Source: a candidate division FCPU426 bacterium
GTDB taxonomy: Bacteria; Oederibacteriota; Muellerivitia; Muellerivitales; Muellerivitaceae
NCBI GenBank assembly: GCA_963719085.1
Contig: CAVRAL010000001.1
Coordinates: 800,001 to 864,000 of the forward strand
DNA length: 64,000 nt
Direction: 5' to 3'
Shown piece after piece: positions 10,464 to 21,059 of the stretch; position 1 is the stretch's first letter, and the number at the start of each line of letters is the position of its first letter. The position numbers were made by a program, and so were the translations under genes. The notes beneath the pieces were generated by a model. That model searched no databases. It saw only the letters and a list, made by a program, of their open reading frames with translations, and had not been told where the DNA came from.

Positions 10464-11096
10464 ATGGCCTCTTTTCCTTTAACCCGTGTTTTAACCACCT
10501 GGTTTGTCCGGCTTTATTTCCGAATATCGGTCCAGGGTGAAAACTCGATTCCCGCCGAGGGCCCCTTTGTGGTGGTGGCCAATCACGCCAGTTTTTTAGA
10601 TCCCTTTTTCATTGGTTACGCCAGTCACCGCCGCCAAGTCGGTTTTATGGCCAAGGAAGAGCTTTTTAAAATTCCTTTGTTTGGCGCCCTGATCCGCCGT
10701 TATGACGCTTTTCCGGTCAAGCGCGGCCAGCATGATTTGGACGCGGTTCAAAGGTTTCATGATTTTCTGCATCAAAATAAACCGCTTCTCATTTTTCCCG
10801 AAGGCACCCGAACCTTGACGGGCGAGCTTCAAAAGGCCAAAAAGGGCGTGGGGCTTCTTTTATATAAGGCTCAAGTACCGGTGATTCCGGCTTACGTGGG
10901 CGGTACTTATCAGAGCTGGCCAAAGGGAAAACTTTTTCCAAAGCCGTGTAAAACATCCGTTCGGTTTGGAGAGCCGCTTTTATTAACCGACCTTTATCGT
11001 GAAAAACCTGAAAAAGACACTTACCGCCGAATCGCGGAAAGGGTCATGGAAAGCATCGCTCGCTTAAAAGCGATCGAATCATCCGATCGCCTCTAA
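10464..11096 (+). CDS. plsC: 1-acyl-sn-glycerol-3-phosphate acyltransferase
   Basis: NHASFLD (HxxxxD), FMAKEELF and FPEGTR. Confidence 0.9.
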   Translation: MASFPLTRVLTTWFVRLYFRISVQGENSIPAEGPFVVVANHASFLDPFFIGYASHRRQVGFMAKEELFKIPLFGALIRRYDAFPVKRGQHDLDAVQRFHDFLHQNKPLLIFPEGTRTLTGELQKAKKGVGLLLYKAQVPVIPAYVGGTYQSWPKGKLFPKPCKTSVRFGEPLLLTDLYREKPEKDTYRRIAERVMESIARLKAIESSDRL

Positions 11097-11228
11097 CGGA
11101 TATCATTTTAAGGCCATTTTCAACCTTTCCAGGTTTCCCCGCCTCGGCGTCTGATGTAGAATAACGCCATCTTCATTATCCCCTCCGGAAGGCCATCCTT
11201 CCTGGAGTGAAAGAACCCGAGGTTTAAC

Positions 11229-12941
11229 ATGTCCGAATCACCCATCCCCGAAATGACAATGGAAGAACTTTTAAACGAGGAAAAGCGGGTCGCCCGCGGC
11301 CAAGTGGTGAACGGCGTCATTGTGAAGATCGAGTCCGATGAGATCATCGTGGACGTTGGTTACAAAACCGAAGGTGTCATCCCCAAGTCCGAGTTTTTGG
11401 ATATTTCGGGTGAGTTGACGGTGAAGGTGGGCGACCGGGTGGATGTTTCGGTGGAGCGGATGTCGGACTCCAACGGTCGTTTAAGATTATCCAAAAGAAA
11501 TGTCGACAAAAGCCGGCTTTGGCAAACCTTGGAAGAAACCTTTGGCGCGGGACAATTGATCAAGGGCCGGGTGACCAAAAAAGTCAACGGCGGGTATCGG
11601 GTGGACATCGGGGGAGTGGAGGCCTTTTTACCGGCCAGCCAGGTTTCCTTGCAAAAAACCAGCGACTCGGACGAATACATTGAAAAAATTTACCAATTTA
11701 AAATAATCAAACTCGACCGGGCGCGCTCCAACGTGGTCATTTCCCGCCGGCCCGTTTTGGAACTGGAACGGGACTCGAACCGTCAGAAACGGCTGACGGA
11801 GTTAAATCCCGGGGACATTTTGGAGGGGCGGGTCAAGAGTTTGGTCAGTTATGGCGCTTTTGTTGATTTGAACGGTGTGGACGGGCTTTTGCACATCGCG
11901 GATATCGACTGGGGGCGGGTCAACAAGGTCGAGGACTATCTGAAACCCGACCACGCGGTGAAGGTCATGGTTTTGCAGGTGGACCGGGAGAAGGGAAAAA
12001 TCTCGCTGGGCATCAAGCAAATGGCCGTGGACCCCTGGACCGAAGCCGATAAGCGCTACCGCGGCGGGCAGATCGTGGAGGTGGAGATCACCCATTTCGC
12101 CGACTACGGGGTTTTCTTGAAAACCGCCGATCACTTGGAAGGTTTTTGCCATATCACGGAAATTTCATGGTCCAAAAAACTGAAGAAACCCTCCGAGCTT
12201 TTTAAAGTCGGGGATAAAAAACAGGCCCAAATCGTCGACATCGATTTTGAAAAACGGAAAATAAATTTCAGCTTCAAACGCCTGGAAAAAAGTCCTTGGG
12301 ACAATGTGGCCCAACGGTACCCGATTGGGGTGACGGTCAACGCCACGGTCACCAATGTCACCGACTTTGGCTTGTTTCTGGAGATCGAGGATGGGCTGGA
12401 GGGGCTTTTGCACCAATCCGACATCAGCTGGGATAAAAGGACCAAGGCCCCCCAAAAGGAATACAAAGTCGGTCAAAGTTTGTCCGTCAAGATGCTGGGA
12501 ATTGACTTGGAGAAAAAAAGAATTTCCCTGGGTTTGAAACAAGTCGATGGGGATCCCTGGGATAAAATCGAGGAAAAGTACAAGGCCGGCCAAGTTTTGA
12601 CTTCCCAGGTTTCCCGATTGGTGGAATTCGGTGTTTTTGTGGCCTTGGAAAAAAATGTCGAGGGATTGATCCATAAGACCGAGATCTCAAATCCTCCGCC
12701 CAAAAGCCTGGAAGAGTTATTCAAACCCGGGGATGAAGTGACCTTCAAGGTGATTGGAGTGGATTCGGGCAAACGCCGCATCTCCTTGAGCGTGAAAGCC
12801 TTGACGGGAAAGCCTCCGGCAACCGAGGAGCTCGATGACGAGCAAATTGTGCATCGCCGCACCAGCGCCTTCCAAAAGATGCTGAAGAAATTCATGAAGA
12901 CGGCGAAAACGGCCGAACCAGAAGAAGACGAAGACTTCTAA
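11229..12941 (+). CDS. rpsA: 30S ribosomal protein S1
   Basis: Six S1 repeats (VDVGYKTEG, AFLPASQ, YGAFVDLNGVDGLLHI, EGLLHQSDISW etc.). Confidence 0.95.
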   Translation: MSESPIPEMTMEELLNEEKRVARGQVVNGVIVKIESDEIIVDVGYKTEGVIPKSEFLDISGELTVKVGDRVDVSVERMSDSNGRLRLSKRNVDKSRLWQTLEETFGAGQLIKGRVTKKVNGGYRVDIGGVEAFLPASQVSLQKTSDSDEYIEKIYQFKIIKLDRARSNVVISRRPVLELERDSNRQKRLTELNPGDILEGRVKSLVSYGAFVDLNGVDGLLHIADIDWGRVNKVEDYLKPDHAVKVMVLQVDREKGKISLGIKQMAVDPWTEADKRYRGGQIVEVEITHFADYGVFLKTADHLEGFCHITEISWSKKLKKPSELFKVGDKKQAQIVDIDFEKRKINFSFKRLEKSPWDNVAQRYPIGVTVNATVTNVTDFGLFLEIEDGLEGLLHQSDISWDKRTKAPQKEYKVGQSLSVKMLGIDLEKKRISLGLKQVDGDPWDKIEEKYKAGQVLTSQVSRLVEFGVFVALEKNVEGLIHKTEISNPPPKSLEELFKPGDEVTFKVIGVDSGKRRISLSVKALTGKPPATEELDDEQIVHRRTSAFQKMLKKFMKTAKTAEPEEDEDF

Positions 12942-15908
12942 TGAGGGTGAAGGCGTTCCCGGCCTTCCGGAAGTTTATTCTTTCCGGTTTTTTAGTGATG
13001 GTTTGCGCCCCTTTTGAAAATCTCCATTCCGCGGGAATTCATCAGCCGGATCTTTTGGACCAAGGCCGGGTTCTTTTACGGGCCCGCGCTTATGAGCTCG
13101 CGCTCAACCGGTTTTTATGGTTGGAAAAAAACAGCGACAATGACGGGGAGCGGTCCTTGGCCCTGCGCATGGTCGGCGAGACCCAGTTCAAAAACGCGGA
13201 TTACGCCTCCGCTTATCAGGCTTATCAAGAGTCCCTTCGGCTGACCCCGCTTTCTTCCGGCAAGCTCAACCTCGAGTTTAAGGCGGCGATTTCGCTGGTT
13301 TATCTGAAAAAATACGACTCCGCCCTCGAGAAATTAACGCGGGTGGAAAATCGGGTGGCCGATAAGGGCTTTTTGACCGACCTCTATTTTTGGGAAGGGG
13401 AGTGCTATTTCCAGTTGGGCCAATATGACTTGGCCCGGCAAAAATACGGCAAGATATTCGCCACCAATATGCGTTACCGATACGTTTATCTGGTCCGCTA
13501 CCTCGATTCCTGGTGCGCGTTTGAGCAGAAGGATTATGACGCGGCCTTGGGAGGCTTTAGCGAAGTCGAGGCCAAAACGGATGATTCAACCTTGAAAAAG
13601 ACGGCCGCTTTCCAGGTGGCGGAGTCGCTCTATCGGGCCGGGCGTTATCCGGAAGCGCAAAAAAAATACGGCGATTTCGCGGCGGACTACCCGGCGGATC
13701 ATTTAAAACCCGCCGCGGTCTATGGACTGGGCTGGTCCTTTGAAAAACAAGGGAAACTGAACGACGCGATTCAGGCTTTCGACCAGGTCCAGACCCAATA
13801 TCCTAACGACCCCCTGGCGGCTTGGGCCGCGGTGCGGGAAGGCGCGGACGCCTCAGTCAACAACGATCCTGCGCTCGCTCAAAAGTCCTACCAAAGGACA
13901 TTGGAATTGGCGCCCAATAAAATCCCGTCGGATTTGGCCGAGTTCGGCCTGGGATGGCTGGCTTTTTCCGGCCAGCATTATGATGAGGCGGCCGCGCATT
14001 TTCTGAAGGTCTCGCTTTTCATCCCGGCAAGCCAGCTTTTGTGGGACGCGCAATATTTACGCGCCGGCGCGGCGTATTTGGAGGGGGATTACGTATCGTC
14101 CGAAAAAATTTATGAAAAGTGCTCGGCCGGCGCCGCGCCGGATCTGGCCCAGGCTTCCCAGTTTTGGATGGCTTGGTGTGATTATCATATGGGCCACTAC
14201 GAGGACGCCAAAAACTCTTTTGAAAAACTCGCCGAAGGCGCGCAAGACGATCCCTGGACCGCGCGGGCCCTTTGGGGCGCGGGGGAATCGGCCTATCAAT
14301 TGACCCAATATGACGGGGCGGTTTCGCTTTATCAAGGCGCTTTGGCGGTGGAGGACTGTCCCGTTTCCCAAGAGTGTTACTCGGGCATGGGGTGGAGTTA
14401 TTTTGAGGAGCAGAAATACCCGGAAGCTTTCAGCGCGTTTCAAAAAACGGTGTCGGTGAATCCGAGATCACCCCTGGCCTATGAGGCTCAATTGCGGGCC
14501 GGGGATTGCCAGTACAATCTGCACCAGTTCGATCAAGCGCAAATCGAGTATGAAAAGGTGATTAAAAACAAAGACGGGGCGCCCTATGAATTGGACGCGT
14601 TGGAACAGTTGGGCTGGTGCGCTTACCGATCCGAGTCTTTTGAGAACGCCGTAAGCTCGTGGAACCTGCTGGCTTCGCGGCCCGGCGCGGAGGAGCGCAA
14701 ACCCCGGCTTTTTTACTGGATGGCCTGGGCTTATTTCCGCGACAAAGCCTATGAAAAGTCCGCCGCTGAGTTTAAGGCGGTGGAAACTAATTTTCCGGAT
14801 GATCCGCTCGCCCCGGAGTCCCATTTGCGGGAAGGGGACTGTTATTTTAACCTGAAGGATTTTCATACCTCGAAAATAATTTACAAGAGTTTTTTGGACC
14901 AGTATCCCAATCATCCCCTCGTTCCCGACGCGCTTTATGGATTGCAATGGTCCGCGGATAAATTGGGGGAAAAGGACGAGGCGGATAAGGAGGCGCAGGA
15001 TTTCATGCAAAAATTCCCGGCCAGCCCCTATTCGCCGGATATCGAGCTTCGATTGGCGGACAGCCGTTTTCACGCGCAAGATTATTCAGGCGCCGTGAGC
15101 CAATATCAGGACTTTATCCAGCGTTTTGCCCAAAGCGATCTTTTGCCCCGGGCTTATTTTTGGATGGGCACGGCCCTGGTCAAACAAGATAAAACGGACG
15201 CGGCGGTTCCGGCTTTTCAAAAAGTCATTCAGGCCTATCCCTCGGATCCCCTGGCGCTGGAAAGCCAATTCAGCCTGGCATCGCTTTATTTTGAGCAAAA
15301 AGATTTCGCCGACGCCCTTAAAAACTATTCGGACATTTACCACAACTATCCCGATCATCGCCTGGCGCCTCACGCGCTTTTTAACAGCGCGGTGTGTGAA
15401 AAGCAGCCTGGGAGGGCCGGAGAAGGCCTTGGATGACTTTAACCAGCTCAGCCAGAAATATCCGGACGATCCGCTGGCCTTTGAGGCCGATATTCAGTCG
15501 GGTATTCTTTTGGAAAAGTTTTCCCGCTTTGACGACGCTTTAACCGCTTATTTCAAGGCGGGGCAGTCTCCCGACCCGGATTTGGCGGTCGAGGCCCATT
15601 TTTACCACGCCGATCTTCAACGCCAGCTGAAGCGCTATGACCCGGCGGTAAAAGAATTCAATGATTTGACGGCGAAGTTCCCCTCGGAGGACCAATGGGT
15701 GGTGACGGCTTTCGCCCAAATCGCGAAGTGCTATGAGGAACAAAATAAATACGACAAGGCTTATAAAGCTTATGAGCGGATTTTAAAATATACGAAAGAT
15801 AAAAGCTACCGGGCCGCCACCCTTAAACATATGAAGGCGCTGGGGCCTTATCTGAAAAAAGCCCCTTCCGCCGCTCCCGCCGCGGTTAAAACGGAGGCGC
15901 CGAAATGA
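12941..15908 (+). CDS. Large exported tetratricopeptide repeat protein, split by an apparent 1-nt frameshift near 15407
   Basis: ORF 12941..15436 is TPR-rich (repeated YP-D-P-LA motifs), and the same pattern continues in ORF 15126..15908 from LGGPEKALDDF. Removing one C at 15407/15408 fuses them into 988 aa. Confidence 0.8.
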
Positions 15909-17746
15909 TTCGAACGAAAGGCCTTATGATGGGGTCTTGGATCGGTTTGGCTGGATTTTTTTTCACCTTTTCCAATCTTTCGGCTCAAACCGCCGCTCCC
16001 ACATCGGTTGACGCCGAAAGTTTGGCGTCAGCGACGCCGGCCGCCCTGCCGACTCCCCTCGGTCAAGCCGCCACCTTGGTCAAACCCAGTGATGTCGAAA
16101 TGGAACAAGCGCCGCAAACCCTAAATCAAAAACCTTCCCAAGCCGAGGGCGTAACGGCGCCGGCGGCGTCTAAACCCACGGAGGTTCCGCAGTTTTCACT
16201 TCCCGATGTGGTGATTACGGGTGACAACGAGTTGACGATTGGGGCCAAGCGGCTTGAGCGGCCGGAAAATGACGTGACCCTGGGAACCCGGGATTTGAGC
16301 GACTTAAACCGCTCTTCGGATGATTTGCCCGGACTGGATAAAACCATAACCGCCTTATCCACCGAGGACACCGGCTCACCCCGCGCCTCCGCGCTGATTC
16401 TTCATTTAGGCGGCGGGGATTTGGGGACTTACGGCGGCTGGGGGTTGTTCGGGCAAAGTTTTCAATCGTTCGAGTATTTGCTGACCGGCGGTTATTCCAA
16501 TTGGGGAGGGGAGCCGGCAGGGCCGGGGCACGATGGGGAGGAGCGCGCTAAAATCGGGTTTGACGGGGAGCTTTTACCCCAAGGCCCGCTGAACTTGGAT
16601 TTTTCCGCCAATGTAGAAAAGGCGGACGCGGAACTGCCCTATGAAAATTCCTCGAGCGAAACTCGATCGGGTCTGAATTTAAAAGGGACCCTGACGACGA
16701 AACTTTCGAATTTCACCGATCTTAATTTTCAAATTCAGGATGAGCAAACCCAATTGACCACTTGGGATCTAAATTTGAGCCAAGCCAGCGTCAATGAGTT
16801 GGAGGGGAAGGGCCGGTTGTCATTTGACGAGATAAACTCTTTCCTGGAAAATATTTCCCTGGAGGCGGGCGGCCGGGACGGGACGTCCTCCGATTTACCG
16901 CCGGGAGCGGTGAGTGATTATCACTGGGGATGGATGGAAGCGTCCGCCCAATGGAAGCTGGGCGATGAGGGAACCCTGACCACCCGGCTTCAAGGACAAG
17001 GCGGGGGAGGCGGCCTTGATTTACCGCTTCGGTTTTATCCTTCGGCGGATCTCTATTGGCATCTTTTTGAGGATACCCAATTGGAATTCAATTACACCAA
17101 CAGCCGGTCCATCGATGACTTTTACCAAAGTTATATGGAATCCGATCATGTTTCCGACTCGGCGGGATTCGCCCTTCCGACCGAGCGGATCAACGAGTTC
17201 GGCGTAAAGTGGACGCAAAAGGTCACCGATCAATCGATCTTCTCGATATTTGGATCGGATGGTGAGATCAGCAATTATCATCAATGGACCGACCTGTTGC
17301 CCTCGGGCGCGGTGACTTATATCCAAGACGATTCCACCATTGGGCTGATCGATTTGAAAAAGGCCGGCGTCAATTTTCAATTTGATTTCGACCGAAATTT
17401 GGCACTGTCGGCCAAGTATCAATGGGAAGAGGGGACCAACAAGTCAGATGGACAGAATTTAACCGAGCTGCCGGCCGATCAATTTTGGGCCGCCCTTTTG
17501 AAAACCGAGGACAATTGGGACGCCAAAATCGGGCTGCAATGGGTTTCCGCGCGAAACGCTTTCGCGACCCGTCCCGATCAACTGCCGGCCTATTGGACCT
17601 TGGGCTTTTCCGGAAGCTATCATTTTGAAAGAGCCCTGAGTCTTTGGTTTTCAGCGGAAAATTTGTTAGGGGAATCCTATCAGTTGGAGCCGGGGTATGA
17701 TGAACCGAGATTTTACACGCAGGCGGGGATCGAACTCATTTTTTAA
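15905..17746 (+). CDS. Outer membrane beta-barrel protein resembling a TonB-dependent receptor
   Basis: Signal peptide, TonB-box-like LPDVVITG, amphipathic strands, C-terminal AENLLGESY...PGY...GIELIF ending in Phe; adjacent to exbB/exbD/tonB. Confidence 0.7.
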   Translation: MIRTKGLMMGSWIGLAGFFFTFSNLSAQTAAPTSVDAESLASATPAALPTPLGQAATLVKPSDVEMEQAPQTLNQKPSQAEGVTAPAASKPTEVPQFSLPDVVITGDNELTIGAKRLERPENDVTLGTRDLSDLNRSSDDLPGLDKTITALSTEDTGSPRASALILHLGGGDLGTYGGWGLFGQSFQSFEYLLTGGYSNWGGEPAGPGHDGEERAKIGFDGELLPQGPLNLDFSANVEKADAELPYENSSSETRSGLNLKGTLTTKLSNFTDLNFQIQDEQTQLTTWDLNLSQASVNELEGKGRLSFDEINSFLENISLEAGGRDGTSSDLPPGAVSDYHWGWMEASAQWKLGDEGTLTTRLQGQGGGGGLDLPLRFYPSADLYWHLFEDTQLEFNYTNSRSIDDFYQSYMESDHVSDSAGFALPTERINEFGVKWTQKVTDQSIFSIFGSDGEISNYHQWTDLLPSGAVTYIQDDSTIGLIDLKKAGVNFQFDFDRNLALSAKYQWEEGTNKSDGQNLTELPADQFWAALLKTEDNWDAKIGLQWVSARNAFATRPDQLPAYWTLGFSGSYHFERALSLWFSAENLLGESYQLEPGYDEPRFYTQAGIELIF

Positions 17747-17768
17747 TTCATGAAACGCGGAGGTTGAT

Positions 17769-18383
17769 ATGTTTCAAGATTCGTTATTACTTCAACTGCT
17801 TCAAAAGGGCGGATGGGTGATTTTGTTTTTATTGGTTCTTTCGGTGGTGGTTTTCGCCGTTTTCTATGACCGGTGGCGTTTTTACCGGAAAAACCTTCAA
17901 CCTTTGAGCCGGGTTTGGATGGATTTGGAGAATAAGGTGGAAGGAAAATCATGGAAAGAGGCTTTGGAATCCTGCCTGAGGAACGACAGCTTTTTGGCGC
18001 TGGTCGCGGCGGCGGGAATCAAAGCGAGGCTGGCGAAGCAGGAACCGGTTCCCGCGATGGAACGGGAAGCCAAACTTAATTTGTTGAAGCTGGAGGCCCG
18101 GCTGCCCTTCCTGGCCACCACGGGAAGTATCGCCCCCTTCATCGGCTTATTCGGCACGGTCTTGGGCATCATGAACGCTTTTAAGGATTTGGCCGCCACC
18201 AATTCGGGCGGCGCCGGGGTGGTTTCGGAGGGAATCGCCGAAGCCTTGATCGCGACCGCCAGCGGCTTATTCGTGGCGATCACCGCGGTCTTTATTTTCA
18301 ACACCTTTCAAGCCCGGCTGAATGTGGCGGCCCAAGAGGCTGAAATCATCATCTCGCTCATGTCGGAAAAATTAGCCGCTTAG
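17769..18383 (+). CDS. exbB: MotA/TolQ/ExbB proton channel protein
   Basis: LATTGSIAPFIGLFGTVLGIM and GIAEALIATASGL. Confidence 0.9.
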   Translation: MFQDSLLLQLLQKGGWVILFLLVLSVVVFAVFYDRWRFYRKNLQPLSRVWMDLENKVEGKSWKEALESCLRNDSFLALVAAAGIKARLAKQEPVPAMEREAKLNLLKLEARLPFLATTGSIAPFIGLFGTVLGIMNAFKDLAATNSGGAGVVSEGIAEALIATASGLFVAITAVFIFNTFQARLNVAAQEAEIIISLMSEKLAA

Positions 18384-18391
18384 GAGACCCC

Positions 18392-18838
18392 ATGCAAAGC
18401 CGATTGAGGGCAAAGTCAAAACTGATGGCCGAGATCAATATGGTTCCTTTTACGGATTTGGTGCTCGTGCTTTTGGTGATCTTTATGGTTACAACGCCTT
18501 TTTTGTTTCAAGGCCATTTTCAAGTTCAGCTGCCCAAAGTGGCGGCGCCGACCCCGAATCTTCCCGAGGTCATTACCTTGACCATTACGGAGGGGGACAA
18601 GATCTATTTGAACAATCAAGAAACTTCCGCTGAGGATTTGACCGGCCAGCTCAAGGCTTTGGTGGCGGCCAAACCGGATGATTTGGTGATGATCAACGCC
18701 GATAAAAATGTGTCCCATGGAACCGTGACCGGCGTGATGTCCCAGGCTTATCTGGCGGGCGTCACCAAAGTCGGGATCGCGGTCGAGATTCCGAATTCCA
18801 CTGGAAGCGGCGCGGCCGCTCCAGCGGTTACCCCGTAA
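18392..18838 (+). CDS. exbD: ExbD/TolR biopolymer transport protein
   Basis: AEINMVPFTDLVLVLLVIFMVT and the ADK motif. Confidence 0.9.
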   Translation: MQSRLRAKSKLMAEINMVPFTDLVLVLLVIFMVTTPFLFQGHFQVQLPKVAAPTPNLPEVITLTITEGDKIYLNNQETSAEDLTGQLKALVAAKPDDLVMINADKNVSHGTVTGVMSQAYLAGVTKVGIAVEIPNSTGSGAAAPAVTP

Positions 18839-18846
18839 GGAAAAGC

Positions 18847-19614
18847 ATGGAACAGCGTTCTTTTCTTAAACCCGTTGTTTATTCCACCTTGCTCCATTTG
18901 TTTATTCTTTTGCTCCTGGCGTTTCTTTTAAGCTCCTTTTTGACGCCTAAGACGCCTTTGATGATGGAACTCACTTTAATCGGGCAGATGTCCAAAGGAG
19001 AAGGATTAGGCTCCATCGCTTCCAATCCCGGAAAACAGCCGGATCAATCGCCCGAAGTGAAAACCCAAGGGACTTTTTCCAGTCCGCAAAAAACCGCCTC
19101 CAATCCTGAAATCACGGCGGCCCCGTCAAAGGTTTCCATCCGCAAGCCGCTCCCCACGCAAAAGGTTTCGGGAAGCGCCTCCGCGGAATCGTATCTGGAA
19201 AGCTTGGACAAAACCGCGCCGATCGGATTGTCGATCCACAAAGAGGCGACCAATGAGATTAAAACGACCGCGGGGCTCGGGCACTTAGGAGTCGCGGGCG
19301 CGCCGGATGGGAACGCCCAAATTGAGGGGGAATTGGCGGCCCGGGAAATTAAGACAAAGGTTTTTCCCAAGTATCCGGACTGGGCCCAAAAACAGGGTGT
19401 GGAAGGATCGGTTCGCTACCGGTTGACCGTTCTGCCGAATGGGCTTTTGAAAGATGATTTGGAATTGGAGCAAACTTCCGGTTATCCCGAGCTGGATCAG
19501 GATGTTTACGCGGCCTTGATCCAATGGGAATTCAGCGCCTTGACCCCCAGTTCCCCTCAAGTGGATCAATCGGGCGTGATCACCTTTTCTTTCAATTTCG
19601 CGAAAAGCCAATGA
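18847..19614 (+). CDS. tonB: Energy transducer TonB
   Basis: N-terminal TM with SxxxH (STLLH), Pro-rich linker, C-terminal PKYPDWAQKQGVEG...TSGYPELD. Confidence 0.88.
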   Translation: MEQRSFLKPVVYSTLLHLFILLLLAFLLSSFLTPKTPLMMELTLIGQMSKGEGLGSIASNPGKQPDQSPEVKTQGTFSSPQKTASNPEITAAPSKVSIRKPLPTQKVSGSASAESYLESLDKTAPIGLSIHKEATNEIKTTAGLGHLGVAGAPDGNAQIEGELAAREIKTKVFPKYPDWAQKQGVEGSVRYRLTVLPNGLLKDDLELEQTSGYPELDQDVYAALIQWEFSALTPSSPQVDQSGVITFSFNFAKSQ

Positions 19615-19667
19615 TGGAAGCCGCTTTTTCGGGGTTAGATTAAACCGATATTTTAAAGGGACTTTTT

Positions 19668-20606
19668 ATGACCAGGGCGGCCGCGGTTTTTCCCAACGAA
19701 GGATCGCACTATGTGGGAATGGGGAAAGAATTTTATGACAAATCGCTGACCATCCGAAAATATTACGATGACGCGGAAAAAATCCTCAAAACTAAAATCG
19801 CCAAGGTTAACTTTTTAGGCCCGCCGGAGGAGCAAGACTTGGCGGTCAACGCCCAGGTGGGGACTTTTTTAAGCGACACGGCGTTTTTCGACCTGTTGGT
19901 CCAGTACAAACGCAAGCCGGAGTTACTGACCGGCGTCGGCGTGGGAGAGGTCGCCGCCCTGGTTTGGGCGGAGTGCTTATCCTTCAGCGCCGCCCTGCAA
20001 TTTGTGGCCAAAAGGGCCGCGCTCGTCCAAGATTTCGCGCTTCAAAATAAGGGGATGGGGCTTTTTCTTTCCGGTGTTACCCAGGAACAACTGACCCCGC
20101 TGCTTGATCGCGAGGAGGGGAAAATCACCGTGACCCATTTTTTGTCCCCCGAGCATTTCATCGTATGGGGCCCGATTGAGGCGATCGGCTCGGTCGAGGC
20201 CGAGTTAAAAGACGTTCGGCCGATCAAAATGAAACGGCAGTTGTCCCGGGGTCCCTTGTTCAGCGAAATGGCCCAAGGGCTGGAGGCGAAAGTGGAGGCC
20301 TTGTTGGACGAGTGCTTGACCGAAGGCCCTTTAAAACATCCGAAGATGACTTTTTTATGCTCGGATGAAGGACGGCACATCGCTACCGCGGGCGATGCCC
20401 GCGCCCTTTTGATTCAACAGTATTCCAAGCCCGTTCAATGGGTGAAGACGGTTCAGGCGGCCATTGGCCGGGGGTTTCGCACCTGGGTGGAAGTAGGTCC
20501 GGGTAAGACCTATACGGGTTTTGTCAAGAAGACGGATGTGGATACCCGAATAATGAATGTGGAAGACGTTAAAAGTCTCTCCACAACTGTTAAGATAACC
20601 GGGTAA
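19668..20606 (+). CDS. FabD (malonyl-CoA:ACP transacylase)-like protein with degenerate active site
   Basis: FabD framework (VFP..GS..VGMG, PVQW, EVGPGK), but GHSxG reads GVGVG and the catalytic His region reads GPLFS. Confidence 0.8.
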   Translation: MTRAAAVFPNEGSHYVGMGKEFYDKSLTIRKYYDDAEKILKTKIAKVNFLGPPEEQDLAVNAQVGTFLSDTAFFDLLVQYKRKPELLTGVGVGEVAALVWAECLSFSAALQFVAKRAALVQDFALQNKGMGLFLSGVTQEQLTPLLDREEGKITVTHFLSPEHFIVWGPIEAIGSVEAELKDVRPIKMKRQLSRGPLFSEMAQGLEAKVEALLDECLTEGPLKHPKMTFLCSDEGRHIATAGDARALLIQQYSKPVQWVKTVQAAIGRGFRTWVEVGPGKTYTGFVKKTDVDTRIMNVEDVKSLSTTVKITG

Positions 20607-21043
20607 TGATGAACTTTAAAAGCGGATTAATGGTGGGGGGCTTGGTTTGGGGGATGGGCGGGTTTGCGCCGGGATTATTCGCCGCCAATGGCGCGCCTGT
20701 GGCGACGGCCGCGGCTTCACCCACTCCGGGAGCCATGGTATCGCCGACGCCTTTGTTAAAGCCGCCTCTTCCGGGTTCCATCACGCTGGTCCCCAACCCC
20801 TTGGGGAATGAAATTACATTCAGGGCTTTGGTATCGGCTCCTTCGTCCCTTAAAATCAGTATTTACGACCACTTTTACGCGCCGGTCACTGTTTTGGCCG
20901 CCAAAGGCGACGGTTGTTTTGATGTTCTGTGGAAATTGAAAAAAGTTCGGGATGGAATTTATTATTTCGAATCCCAAATTAAAGATGTCAAAAGCGGCGT
21001 GGTTTCAAAACTGCCGATTCAAAAAGTGATTGTGACCAAGTAA
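20606..21043 (+). CDS. Small secreted protein with FlgD/T9SS-CTD-like Ig domain
   Basis: Signal peptide, Pro/Thr/Ala linker, then PNP...ISIYD...W...DGIYY...K pattern. Confidence 0.55.
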   Translation: MMNFKSGLMVGGLVWGMGGFAPGLFAANGAPVATAAASPTPGAMVSPTPLLKPPLPGSITLVPNPLGNEITFRALVSAPSSLKISIYDHFYAPVTVLAAKGDGCFDVLWKLKKVRDGIYYFESQIKDVKSGVVSKLPIQKVIVTK

Positions 21044-21059
21044 ACAAACTTAAGGTGAA

